Shown: positions 38,527 to 51,339 of the stretch, in pieces
Layout of the letters: each line of letters begins with the position of its first letter
Position numbering within the stretch: the stretch's first letter is position 1
NCBI GenBank assembly: GCA_013239625.1
Contig: MU054323.1
Span: forward strand, 4,752,214-4,816,213
Length of the DNA: 64,000 nucleotides
Reading direction: 5' to 3'
Source: Lama guanicoe
Taxonomy: Eukaryota
Program-made: the position numbers and the translations under genes
The notes under the pieces: model-generated
Databases searched by the model: none
What the model was told of the DNA's origin: nothing
The model's input: the letters and a program-made list of their open reading frames with translations, nothing else

Positions 38527-40046
38527 AAATACAACATAAAAAAGGTAGGAAATATCAGAGGCACATAATAAAAAGGGGTGAATAATTTAAGTCAGAAAAG
38601 GATTTGGAGAAGAGATATTTGAGTTGGGTCATGAAAAATGGTCAGTTTCCTCACTCAGCAAAATGCTCATTGAATACATAATTGAATAATCAAGACTTGA
38701 AAACTTTCTAATATGCCTCTGTTATTACTAACATCAAACACAAATAAATTGTTTCAGAGATTGAAAAAAAAAAAAAAAAAACCTTGCATGGAAGTCTCTA
38801 GCTTCTTTCGTTTCCCGCACAGGCTCATACTTAATGAGGACTGCGTTTCTTGTTTAAATTCTAAAGTTTGTTTCTTATTGAAAACAAAGGGAACAGAAAA
38901 CAAGCAATACTAAGTGCTGACAAGTCCCTAGAGGCATGTGATTCTCTTGTTGTTTAAAAGCTCTCTGTAGCCTTTGTGGAATTACCAAGGTTCATTCCAG
39001 AGACAAATAAAAAAAAACACACTTCTGTAGTGACAATTCTATTCGCCTTTAAAGAGAAAAAAAAATCAAGAAAACAAGAATAACTTAAAAGTCTAAATGT
39101 TTGGTTTCAGGCTATATTTTACTTTTTGTCCCCCTCCAATCAATCTTGAAAACCTATTTTAACTTTTAAAATATAAACCTAGACGATATCAAAGGAAGAA
39201 ACTCTAACCTAAAAACAAAACAGAATCTAACCATTGAAAAACGGGCCTTAGAAAGATGGGATGGCTGTGCCTGTGGTTTATACTAAGGAAAAAAAAAATC
39301 AATTTTATTGAAATTTCCTGTTTATAGTATTTATATAACCTCGTTTGGATCCTATCTGATTTCTTATAAAATGATATTGTTTTCATATGAAGAAAGTACG
39401 GGAACCGATTTTATGCAATTTAGAAACAAACATATATTCCTAACTTAAATTTATGCAGGGATTCTGTCTCTAAACTGACCAGTGCTTTGTCAATAACTCC
39501 CTGGGGTTTCCAGAGACTATTTTCACTTCTCAGCCTCGTCCCTTTCAGACAAACCGAGCACCAGTTATGTGGAGTATTTATAAAACTCTCCTCAGCATCA
39601 AGTCTGCACGTGGCTCCAGAATTTTGTGAACATCTTGTTATGCCATCCCTTTCGCTCTCTGGCTCTTTGGCCCTTTTGGCTGACACACTGAAAATGTATG
39701 TAAAATATATCATGTTGACCCAGAATTCCTCAAGTGCTCATTCTCCTGGAGGAACTTCAGAATTTAACTGTCAAGAAGCAGCAACAACAAAACCAGGGAA
39801 AAAACAAACAAACAACAAACACATTTATAATGTTCATTGTTTTTGTTCAAAAAAAAGTGAGATACTCACCTGTTTAGTCATCACCCCCTTTCCTGTTTTT
39901 TTTCATACTTTTCTTCCTTTAGGACCCAAACCTTTCAAGGTATGCTTATTTCTAATTCTTATAATGTTTTGTCCATGCTTGACAAATGACATGTCCCCTT
40001 CTACTTGACTACTGGAGTTACGCAGAAAGCTGCTGATTTTTCACAA

Positions 40047-42053
40047 GGGAAATTTTTATTTTGAACACTTTCAGATTTACAGAAAAATTGTGAAAATAGT
40101 ACAGAGTTTCCATATATCCTGCATCATTTCCCCTGTTGTAACATCTTAAATTCAAATAGTACATTTGTTACCAAAAAATAATGAATATTGACATTATTAT
40201 TACCTAACGTTCATAGTTTATTCCTCAGCTTTTACCCAATGTCCTTTTTGATTCCCAGAGTCTCATCTAGATGCCATATTGCATTTAATTATCATCTCCT
40301 TAAGTTCCTCATGACTATGACTAGTTCTCAAACTCTCCTTGTTCTGGTGACCCTGACAGTTTAGAGGCAAACAGATCAGTAGAGTGCCCTTCCACTGGGA
40401 ATTCTGTGATGTTTCACTCATGATTAGACTTGGTTTATACAACCTGAGGAGAAAGATCACAGAGGTCAAGTGCCATTCTCGTCCCATTACATCAGGAGCA
40501 CGTGCTGTCAGTATCTCTTACCAAAGTTCAGTGATGCTAACTTGGCCACTGGGCTGAGATAGTGTTTCTCCAGCAGTTAAGTTACTCTTTGTCCCTCCCT
40601 TCCATACTGTACTCTTTGGAAGGAAGTCACTATGCTGAGCCCACCCTTGGAGAGTGGGAGGGTATAGTCTATCTCCTTAAGGATAGGCTAGCAACATAAA
40701 TAATTTGGAATTGTTTGGTGTAAGTGATTTGTCTCGTCTCCCTATTTCTTTATTATCTCAATTACTTATTTTTATCAGAATGGACATGAGGACATTTATT
40801 TTATACTTTGGATTATCAACCAATACTATTCTATTTAGGTACTCAAAATTTTGCAGGTTTGACCATGAGAGCTCTTTGTGTTGGCTTCTATGTTCCTTTA
40901 ATATACTTCTATTATTGTGTTGTTTTGTGGCACTGGAAGATGGTAGGGATATAGGTAGCTAGCTGGCCATCTAGCTAGCTAGCTGGATAGATACAGAAAT
41001 ACAGATCTATATAGAGAGGCACATAGCTAGAATTATCCGTCTATACCTAGCTGTCTGTTATTTTAAGGGTTCTTTGTGTAGTCTGGATACAACGCCTTTA
41101 TCAGGTATGTGTTGTGGAAATACTTTCTTCCAGTTCATGGTTTGCCTTTCATTCTGTAACCAATTTTGCAAAACATAAGTTTATTTTTTTATTTAAATGA
41201 AGTCAAACTTATCAATTTTTAAAATAAATTATGCTTTTGATGTTATCTAAAATCATTGTTTAATCCAAATTTACGTACCTTTCTCCTATTTTTTTTTACA
41301 AATTTTATCGTTTTGCACTTTACATTAGATCTATGATCCATTTTCAGTTAATTTTTGAAAAGGTATGAAGTCTGAAAGAAGGTGTTTTTTTTGTTTTGTT
41401 TTGTTTTTATATGGACATCTAATCATTCCAGCACCATTTGTTGAAAAGACTATCCTTTCTTCATGGAATTTCTTTAGATCCTATTTCAAAGATCAGTCAC
41501 TATATTTGTTTAGGCTTTCTATACTATTCTGTTGATATATGTATTTTTTCCCCAATATCACTCTCTTGATTATTATTTCTTCATAGTAAGTCTTGAAATC
41601 CTGTAGTGTGAGTCCTGCAACATTATTGTCCCTTTTTAGTGCTGTACTGGCTATTCTGGGTCTTTTACTCCATATTCACTTTAAGTTCAGTTAATTGGTA
41701 CTTATGAATTAGCTTGATGGAATGTTGATTGTGATTGCATTAAATCTATAGATAAGGTTGGGAAGAACTGACTTCTAACAATATGTGGTCTTCAAATCCA
41801 TGAACATGGAGTATCTCTCCATTATTGAAATCATGTTTAATGTCTTTCATCAGAGCATTGCAGCATATAATTCTGTATATATTTTGTTAGATTTATACCT
41901 AAACATTTCTCTTTTTTTTAACTAGTTGTCAGTTTTTATCATGAATGGATGTTAGAGGATGTTAGATTTTGCCATCCAACCCCCTCACATCTGTTGATAT
42001 GATCATGTGTGTTTTTTTCTTTAGCCTGTTGATGTTGTAGATTACATTGACTT
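40047..42053 (-). mobile_element. L1 (L1MC/L1MD-like) 3' UTR and ORF2, non-inverted part
   Basis: 3' end 'tttttattttgaacactttcagatttacagaaaaattg'; 'ccagcaccatttgttgaaaagact', 'gattgcattaaatctatagat', 'ttagatttatacctaa'. Confidence 0.85.
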
Positions 42054-42705
42054 TCAACAAAATCAAAAGTTGTCTTTTTTTTAAAATAATATAATGATAA
42101 AACTCTAGCCAGGCTAAACAAGAAAAAAAAGAGAGAAGACATAAATTACCAATATCAGAAATAAAAGAGGGGACATCAATACTCATACCATGGACTTTAA
42201 AATGATTAGAAAGGATTACTTTGAATAAGTCTATGTCTACAAATTCAATAACCTAGATGAAATAAGCCATTTCTTTGAAAGATGTCAAGTATCAAAATTA
42301 AGCAAATATAGGTAATCCGAATAAGCATACGCCTATTAAATAAATTGAATCAAATATAAATAACCATCTTCTCCATTATAGCACCAGGCTCAGATAGTTT
42401 CACTGGTGAATTCTATAAGCATTTAAAGAAGAAATGATATCAATATTCCACAATCTTTTCAGGAATATAGTCACAGAGAGAACATTAAAATTTATCCTAT
42501 GGCCAGCAATACTCTAATAGTAAAAGTAGATAAAAAAACACACTACAAGAAAGGAAAACTATAGACCAGTATCTCTCATGAGCATACAAGCAAATACTCT
42601 CAACAAAATATTAACAAGTCTTATTAAAAATGTATAAAGAGAACTACACACCATGAGCATGTGGAATTTATTCTAGGTATTCAGGACTGGTTCAACATTT
42701 GAAAA
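42054..42705 (+). mobile_element. Inverted 5' segment of the same L1 (ORF2 linker to early RT)
   Basis: Resembles DKPLARL..KKRE..NIRN and 'ccaggctcagatagtttcactggtgaattctat'; ends 'tggttcaacatttgaaaa', which in L1 precedes the sequence starting the - strand part. Confidence 0.8.
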
Positions 42706-42829
42706 GAGTGTGCCATCTAATTTTTTTTAAATTATATAATTTATGTCACTCTTTTGCTTTGAGGCACTAAAGACTTTTCCTTTATCATTGAAGGCTATTA
42801 ATTTTACAAGGATATATAGCATAGCCAAA

Positions 42830-44320
42830 ATAGAGCCCTATTTTCAAGACACGTATAGTAAGGACAAACCTTGGCAGCTAGATGTAGAGATAGGTCATTA
42901 ATGGGAAATGGGTCCTTAATGTGCCATGTTGTTAAGTAAATATGCCCAGAGTAACACCTCACTATTCATTCACTTACAAAAAATAAGGCTTATAATCATA
43001 GACAGTCAATACAGGTGGATGTTGAAGACGTATTTTGGGATCAGTGGTGGTCTTTTACTTTCTGGGTTGCATTGGATTGATTCTCAGATGCTTATTTAGT
43101 TAAAAAAAAAAAAGATGCCTTTCCTGGTTTAGACATGTTTGGTTCTCACTTTTACAGTACATGGTTGGCTCATCTTGAGTAATTTTGAATAATATGGGAT
43201 ATATCTTTAGATAATATCCTCCATTCAATGATAGGTAAAGACTGAGATAATAAACTGTTGTTTGAAGACATTGGAGGGTTTTATGTTTTTAACTTTCTGA
43301 GAAGCTCTATGCTCATTATCAGTCAGTAGATGGATAGAGTTAGTGCTAAATTGTCCAGATCAATGGACTATAAGAAGTGGTCATCAGTATTTTGGAGAAG
43401 AGCATTTAAGTGTTTGGTATGAGATTTGGAAGAAAATAAGATAGAATGTTATAAATCATTGAAGCATTATTTCTATGTAAACTGATTTTCTCCAAGTGAA
43501 AACAAGTAAGTTGTTTGATATGCTTAGTCATAGGGGTCTTTAAGAAAGCTGAGCATAAATCTACTACATATTAGTTACTAGAGTAAAGAATTTGGCTACA
43601 GATTGATCCAAAGTATATTGTTTAGTTTAGGCATTATTGAGAAGCAAGGTATAACTATTTATTCATTGCTTTGCATATCTATGACAAATCTATAGGCTTG
43701 AAAATTAGGTTTTTTATTAGCTTAGCATATTACAAGTAACTGGTACAAAATTACATAGGTATTTTTTTCTAGCATCTTTCTCAGCTTTTTTTCTGGTTAC
43801 TACTACCTGGAGACTTTCCTTGGCTTTACTTTTAAGATATTGGGCAAGTTTAGATAACAATTTGCAAGTATTAAATTGGACTCTTATGGGCTCTGCTCCA
43901 ATTATTCTGCCTAAGCCTTGGAATTTTTTGCTTGTGGGGATTCTGAGACCATAGATAATTCTTCAGTTATTTTTTGAATTATACAGAGTGTAAGTCTACT
44001 GACTTCCAGATCAGCTATAATTTGATTGTATGCTGGAGAATTTTCTGGGACTTCTAAAAATAGTTCTTCTGCAGTACATTTTATCTGGTAGTTCCATTTG
44101 CAAAAACTTCTCTAGCTATTAAATTTGCAGGTTTTTTATAAAAAAAAAAGGAGGAACTGTACTTCTGTAATAGTCCTAAAGTGTAAGTTCCATGTTAAGA
44201 CATGAAATGCTTAGGACAGTTAGAATTCTCCCTACTTGAGTGGATTTAGTAATCAAAGGGATATGATGTTCTATCTTAGTAGGGTTAATGGTAGAGTTAA
44301 TGGTAGTGACAGCCATGTAA
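42830..44320 (-). mobile_element. Decayed class I ERV internal remnant: protease, RT and connection region (pro-pol pseudogene)
   Basis: Manual - strand translation with frameshifts: PANLIARE/FCKWNYQIKCTAEELFLEVPE (~44044-44131), KKPNFQAYRFVIDMQ (~43671-43715), VVDLCSAF (43544-43567), LVFTW, LQNTDD (43380-43397, decayed LQYVDD), LQHPPVLTVYDYKP and LGIFT*QHG (~42920-43030). Confidence 0.85.
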
Positions 44321-44669
44321 AATAAGAAAGCTATATAGCTTAAACTTAATCAAAACTATCTATACAAATTTTCTTTACAAAACACTCTCATAATTTTGAA
44401 TAGACACAAGACAGAAAAACATTCAGGATTCAAACAAATTTACATGAAAGTAAAGAAAGCAGAATAAATACACTCATTTGTAGTGTACCTCCAAATCAAT
44501 AGGTCTAATTCTATCTGATGAAGGCCTATGTGCATATAGACCTCATAATAGCAAAATAAATTCATAAAATAAAAATTAATTATATATTTATCTTTGAACA
44601 ATTATATTAAATTTGTTGTACTAGGAATCTTAGTTTTACTTATGTTTCAAAATACTTGCTACACTAGTT

Positions 44670-46141
44670 ACAATCTGAAAACTAAACCAAGAAAACAATT
44701 CCATTAACAATGTCATAAAAATAAAGTACTTAGAAGTAAATTTAATAAAGGAAGTACAAGCTTTGTATACTAAAAACTAAAAATAGTTGCTGAGAGAAAT
44801 TATCATAAATCTAAATAAATGGAGAGACTTCTTATGTTCATGAATTGTAGAATTTAATATTAAATAGCAATTTTGTCCAAATTGATGTAGAGATTTTGTG
44901 AGGTCCTAATATATATCTTAGTAAGATTCTGTGGTAATTGAAAAGCTGATCTTAAAAATTATATAAAAATACAAAAGACCCAGAGTAGCCAAAAATTCTT
45001 TAAAAAGAAGAACATTGTTGAAAGACATTTTACTTGTAATGTAAAGCCACAGTAATTAAGTAGTGTGGTACTGGCAAAGGACAGACATACAGGTTAATGG
45101 AGCCAAACTAACAGTCTACAAATAAACTCTTAAATTTATGGTTAATCAATTTTTAGCAAAGAGGCCAAGACAATTCAATAAGAAAGAATAATCTTTTCAA
45201 TGAACAGTGCTGAGACAATCGGCTATCATAAAAAACAAACTAAACAAACATACAAACAAACAAAAACTTAAACCCCTTACCTCACACCATACACAACTAT
45301 TCACTCAAAGCAAATAATATTTCTAAATGCAAGAACTAAAAAAATAAAGTTTTAAAAAGAAAACATAAGAGATCATTTTCTTGATCATGAGTTAGGCAAA
45401 GAGATTTTAGATACCAAAAGCATGAGTCATAAAATAAAAATGACAAATTGAACTGCATTAAAAGATAAACAAAATTGTGCTTAAAATTAGGCCATTAAAA
45501 AATATTACACAGGGAGAAAATAGTTACACATCTTCTATCTGATAAAACACTGATATCCAGAATACATAAAGAATACTTATAACTCAATAATAAGAAGACA
45601 AAACATCCAATTAAAATTGGATAAGACATTTGAATAGGTATTCACAAAATAAGACATGTAAATAGCTAATAATTGTGGGAAAGGACACTTACAAGCATTA
45701 GTCATTGTGAAAATGTAATTTAAAATCACAATGAAGTCCACCCACTGGCTATAATAAAAAGATGTATAATACTAAGAGTTAGTGAGAATGTAGAGAAACT
45801 ACAACCACTACTGTGTTCAACAGTTTTTCAGTGTCCTACAGAGTTACACATAGGTACTCATAAAACCAAGCAATTTCACTCCTAAGAATCTAACATCGAA
45901 ATGAAAATGTATATCTACATAAAAACTTGGAAGACTCATAGCTGCCTTATTATTGTAGCCAAAATTTAAAACAATCCAAATATCCATCAACTGGAAAGTA
46001 GATAAGGAAAATGTGGCACATCCAATACCATGGCATAATATTCATCAATAAAAAGGAATATCTGAAATACTGATACTCCAGTATAAGTGTACCTCAAAAA
46101 CATTATGCTAAGTAAAATAGATTCTTTCTCTGTTACTTACA

Positions 46142-46188
<47 letters not shown>

Positions 46189-46460
46189 TATAATGGGTTA
46201 TTCCATTTATACGAAATATCCAGGAAAGGTGCATTAACATACACATAAGGCAGATCACTGGTATCCTGGGACTGAGGAGGGGAGTGTGGTTTGTCTGAGA
46301 AAGGATTCATGGGGATTTGAGGTAGTGATGGAAATTTTCTAAAACTGGATTGTGTTGATATTGTTAAAACTATAAATTTCATAAAAATCATTGAATTATA
46401 CTGTTCAAGTGAGTGGGTCAATTTTATGCTGTAAAATTACAGTTCAGTAAAGCCTTAAAA
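44670..46460 (+). mobile_element. L1 ORF2 3' part and 3' UTR
   Basis: 'agtacttagaagtaaatttaataaagg', 'agtgtggtactggcaaaggacagacatac', 'atccagaatacataaagaa'. Confidence 0.85.
46143..46186. repeat. (AC)22 perfect microsatellite
   Basis: Seen directly. Confidence 0.95.
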
Positions 46461-46664
46461 TAACATCCTGGTTATATTTTTTCTCTCTTTTTAAATATAA
46501 ACTATATGTAAACAAGTTAGTTTTATGATACTTAAGAAAGGAGAATTTATTACTTCTGTATGCTAGAAGAAATGCATCATTTAATTAATCTTTTCAAATA
46601 ATGAATTTGGTTTTCTAAATTAACCCTATTGTATTTGCTCACATATTATTTCATTAACTTAAAA

Positions 46665-48215
46665 ACTTCCTTATTGAGAAATTAATATATAAAATTCACC
46701 CTGTTGTGGCCTACAATTCAGTGGTTTTTGATAATTTGACAGAGTTGTGCAACCATCACCATGATCTAAATTTAGAATATTTTCTTCATTTCAAAAAAAC
46801 TCATATCCACCATTAGACATTTGCCATCCTTTCCCTCTCCCTCCTAAACCTAAGCAACCACTAATCTATTTTAGGTCTTAATAAATTGGTCTATTCTGGA
46901 TATTTGTATAAATAAAATCATACAATATGTGGTCTTTTGTGATTTGCTTCTTTCATTTAGAGTATTTCAAGGCTCATCCAAGTCTTAGTGTGTATCAGTG
47001 CTTTTTATGGGAGGCAACATTCCATTGTATGGATATGTCACATCTTATCTTTCTATCTTCAGTGGATATATATTTGCACTGTTTCCACACTTTGGCTATA
47101 ATGCTACTGTGAATATTCATGTACAAGTTTTTGTGTGGACTTAACGTTTTCTCTTGGCTACACTCTTAAGAATGAATTTGCTGGGTCATATGGCAACTCT
47201 ATATTTAACATTTTGAGGAATTGCCCAACCATTTACCAAAGGGAATACACCATTTTACATTCCCATTAGCAATGTTTAAAGAATCCAGTTTCTCAATATC
47301 TTTGCCAACACTTGTTATTGGCCTGTCTCTTTGATCGTAATCATCCTTCTGAGTGTGAAATGTTATTTTATTGTGGTTTTGATTTGCATTTCCCTATTGA
47401 TTAATAATGTTGAGAATCTTTTCATGTGCTTATTAACCATTTGTATATGTTATCTGGAGAAATATCTACTCAAATTCTTTGTTTATTTTTTAATTGAGAC
47501 ATTTTTAAAAAATTGTTGAGCTGAAAGAAGTTTTGTATATTCTAGATATAATCTCTTAACAGATATATGGTTTATAAATAAACTTTTCACATTTTGTTGG
47601 TTGTCTTTTTCTTGATTGTGCCCTTTAAAGAACAAAATTTTAAATTTTTGATACAGTTCAATTTACCTATTTTTAAAATTATACTTGTGGTTTTAGTGTT
47701 ATATCCAAAGAAACTTTGCCTACTCAAGATTACAAAAATTGTACCTGTTTACTTCTAAGTGTTATATTGTTTTATATTTACATGTAGATTCTCAATTCTT
47801 TTCATCATTCCATTTGTATCTTTTATTTTGGGGGGATATAATTATTTTTTTTGTTTAGTTATTTTTGAGTTATTATTTTGTTATTTTAGTTATTAGTTAT
47901 TTTAGTTATTATTTTGTTAGTTATATATTGGAGGTAGTAGGGATTGAACCCAGGACCTCATGCATGCCAAGCATGTGCTCTACTACTGAGCTGTACCCTC
48001 CCTGCTTTGACTCTTTCCAAGTTAATCTTTGTATATGGTATAGAATAGGAGTTCAAACCCAGTTTCTTGCATATGGATATCCTGTTGTCTTAGCACTGTT
48101 TGTTGGAAAGTTCTTTCCCCCATTTAATTATCATGACACCCTTGTTAAAAAATCCATTGATGATATGTGCATGGATTTATTTCTGGACCCTTCAATTCTA
48201 TCTAATTGATCTATA
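46665..48215 (-). mobile_element. L1 (L1MB-like) 3' end and ORF2, interrupted by a SINE
   Basis: 'agagttgtgcaaccatcacc', 'tgctgggtcatatggcaactctat', 'attgtggttttgatttgcatttccct'. Confidence 0.88.
47821..48002 (-). mobile_element. tRNA-derived SINE (camelid Vic-1 type) with an expanded AT-rich tail
   Basis: - strand gggagggtacagctcagtagtagagcacatgcttggcatgcatgaggtcctgggttcaatccctactacctcc: Pol III A box and B box (GGTTCAATCCC), then AT-rich spacer, C-run and A-tail. Confidence 0.88.
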
Positions 48216-49683
48216 CATCAATTCCTCCCTGTTTCAGTATTTCTTAACTTGTTTCATTTCCTTTCTTAAAATTTACTGTATTGAATTCTTCTAGTTTTTT
48301 AAGTATAATTAGCTAATTCATTGTCAAATATTCACACCATACACAAAATGCATTTAAGGCTACAAGTTTGCTTCTAATTACCACTCTATTAAATCTAAAT
48401 AAGTTAAACATTGTTTAAAAAACAATACAAACATCTTACAATTTTTACTTCGGTCTTTGTTTTAACCCGTGGATTACTTAGAATGCTGCTTTGTTGTAGT
48501 CATACATACTTTATTTGTTTATTTGGTTGATTGGTTAGTTTGCTTTCACTTTGTTGTTCATGATTGCCTTTTTATTTTTCCATTCTGGTCACAGATATAT
48601 GCTTCCTAATCTTAATTCATTGGAATTTGTTGTAAATATCTCTTACTTATAAAAGACTACCCTATGAGTAGTTTTCTGATTGTTGCTATGAAAGGTTTCT
48701 GAGGAACATTTACCCTGAAACAGATTGTAACAGAGGTTCTATGGTGTCTTGTTAAAATCATTCACAGTTCCAGCGCCAAGGAATGTTTTCCTGGGCATGT
48801 AACTGGTATTCCCTATGGCTCGGGGCCCTGAGGCTCACTGGCAGCTTCATTACAAGAAGTAAACCTGGATCCAGAGTTCAGGCTTCCCACTGTACATGGG
48901 TCTGAGGCGGATTTTCCTTTGGAATTTAATCTCCAGCCCCTAATGGTGACATCAGAACCCCTAGGGCAATGAAGCCTCATCGCCCCACTCACCAGTAAGT
49001 GCTTACTTTCCATTTTCTTTCTTTTATTAAATGCAGATGCTCATTGTAAAGTATATTGTATGTTCCTTCATTTTATATAGCATTACTATGAATTTAAAAC
49101 AAGAAGTGGAGATTTAGCTTATGCCCAAATTGCCCTCTTAACTCAGAAGCTTAGTGGATTGTTTTTAAAGTGCATTATGCAGATTGATTTACTAGGATTT
49201 TATACTTTTTACATGAAAATCAGTCTATAGTTTAATCTTCATCACAAAGTTTAACAAATTTATCTTTTTTTCCCCTTTAGAGAAAGAATATAATCTGAAA
49301 TCTGCTTCATAAATCTCCAGTGTGATAATTAGAGTTGATATAAATATTCAGTGTAGATGTAGACTGAACATGCACAGAGGTGCTTGAGGTATTTCCCCAA
49401 TCGCAGCCTAAGATGTGCTCAATATTATCTACCATCACATTAAATAATTATTTCTAATTATTTAATTTATGACATTATTTCCTTTCTCTTATCACTGCAA
49501 CCATACACTTCACTACATCTACTGGGGTTAAGAAAAATTCTCTTTGAAATCTAATCCTCTTTAATGCTAAAAGAAAAAAAAAACAAATGCAGGTGTGGTT
49601 TGTGCTGAAAGTTGGAATCAGAGGGATATAATATTTAAATAATGATTACAAATGTAGTGTTCTTGCCATAGCTAGATAGATTC

Positions 49684-49715
49684 TGTATGTGTGCATGTGT
49701 GTGTATGTATATGTA

Positions 49716-49752
<37 letters not shown>
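49684..49752. repeat. (TG)n(TA)n microsatellite
   Basis: Seen directly. Confidence 0.9.
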
Positions 49753-49753
<1 letters not shown>

Positions 49754-50064
49754 AAAACTAGATAGTGATTATTCTTTTTAACTGAACAGGAACTAGGTAC
49801 AAATTGGTTCATAACTAGTTCCTAAGGTCACATAGTCTATTTGATCCAAATTTGGTATTACTCCATTCATTTCATTATACCTACTGCACTGCCAGTACGA
49901 ATGACTAATTCCTGAACTTCATAGTGCAATTAATCTCTGTCACTTACTGTGACATCACTGAATGTGGGATCTGTTCACCCTTTAATTCAATGAACCTCTC
50001 GAGTGACTAGATATCTGCTCTTCCTTTCAGCCCTGGACCTCTTACCTTTCTGACCACTCTTACA

Positions 50065-50960
50065 CTATGTGCGGTATATTAAATTATTGTTCAGCAAATA
50101 TTCTCTACCTTCCTTTGATCGATGTGGAAATAATATATTTATATTCTCCTCTGATATTGTGCATAGACATGTAACTGGCTATGATGTCAATGTACATAAT
50201 GTAAACAGAGGCTTGAAATGGTCTTGTACAAATGTGTCTCTTTTCTTTGCCTTCTATGATCACCAAGAAAAGAATATGGCATATGTAGTCTATTAAACAA
50301 ACTCAAATAAGCCACAATTAAATACAAAAAATCAAATCTCAAAGAGAACTGTAGGTGCAGCTTCAGCACATGATTATTATCAATTCATAGAAAAACAAAC
50401 TTTTTGAGAAAGCTGTATTTGCAAATGCAGCACAAACCTGTTCTAAAAGGTCCTAGACCATTCATGCCATGAAAATATCTCACGACATGAGATCCCTCAG
50501 TCATAAATAGGGGAATATTCTCTGTGGACTCTCCATCAGTGGCCCAGTAAGATGATCGCAAAGGAAGAATGTTCCAGAACAAAGCATCAGAGTCAGGAGG
50601 TATAGAAAAAAAATAAAACTGGAAAATCCTTTTCAAGAAGCAGAACGGGGGCCTAATCAAAGAAACTTTCCTACCCTCAACATAATGGTAGCTGGCAAAT
50701 ATGCCCACTGGGATTTTGGAGTTTCTAAGGACTAGTGATGGCTATAAGCCTCCCATGACTCCCCTTTATAATAGGAGTGTTTACTGAGGTTATATTCTCC
50801 ATTCCACCATTGTATGATACATATATCATATATACATATATACATGATATATATATATAGCAAAAGTATACTATATAGAGAGAGTAAAAGTTTACTTGTC
50901 CTTACAGTTAATAGGTCTCTAGTTTTTTTATTTTTTTCAAATGAGATAAAGGAAGTCAAA
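50065..50960 (+). mobile_element. MaLR (MLT1) LTR plus internal-sequence fragment
   Basis: 'gaggcttgaaatggtcttgtac...gatcaccaagaaaagaatatg'; int-like 'gagtgtttactgaggttatattctccattccaccattgtatg'. Confidence 0.5.
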
Positions 50961-51189
50961 AGTTCCATGACTTTTGTGAATAAATCTGCACAGCTTCTCT
51001 GTCTCTGGGAGCTCTTGCGGTATTGAGTGCATCCAAGTCTTTACAAACTAAGTTATCCTCTGTGGCAAAGCAGGAAGAATCTCAAAGGTTTTAGTCTTGT
51101 CACTACTTTCCACTGCTATCTTCTTACAGTTCATTTTGGGTTGTTTTTTCCACTGTCTGTAGCTAAATATCTTGGAGAGATTATCCTCC

Positions 51190-51319
51190 TCAGCATCCCT
51201 CACCTCTACCAACGCGACAACACTAGGATCCATCTAGTTGTAAAAATTTTTAAAAATGCCTCCAGACATTGCCAAAGATCTCCTCGGGGGGGAGAATCAC
51301 TGTCTGTTGAAAACCAGTG
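51190..51319 (-). mobile_element. MER20-like hAT-Charlie MITE fragment
   Basis: 'aaaaatgcctccagacattgccaaagatctcctcggggggagaatcac...gttgaaaaccagtg' matches the reverse complement of the MER20 5' part. Confidence 0.7.
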
Positions 51320-51339
51320 ATCTAGATGCTTTGTTAAAA

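Noticed and set aside
39487..40008. Longest ORF in the track (173 aa, + strand)
   Set aside because: Starts at TTG, runs through low-complexity A/T tracts and has no recognisable domain; consistent with chance
39870..40010. - strand coding exon ending at a strong CAG|gtgagt donor
   Set aside because: Stops in all three frames and a weak acceptor; could only be non-coding
47930..48002. tRNA gene
   Set aside because: tRNA-like head is followed by a SINE tail; it is a tRNA-derived SINE
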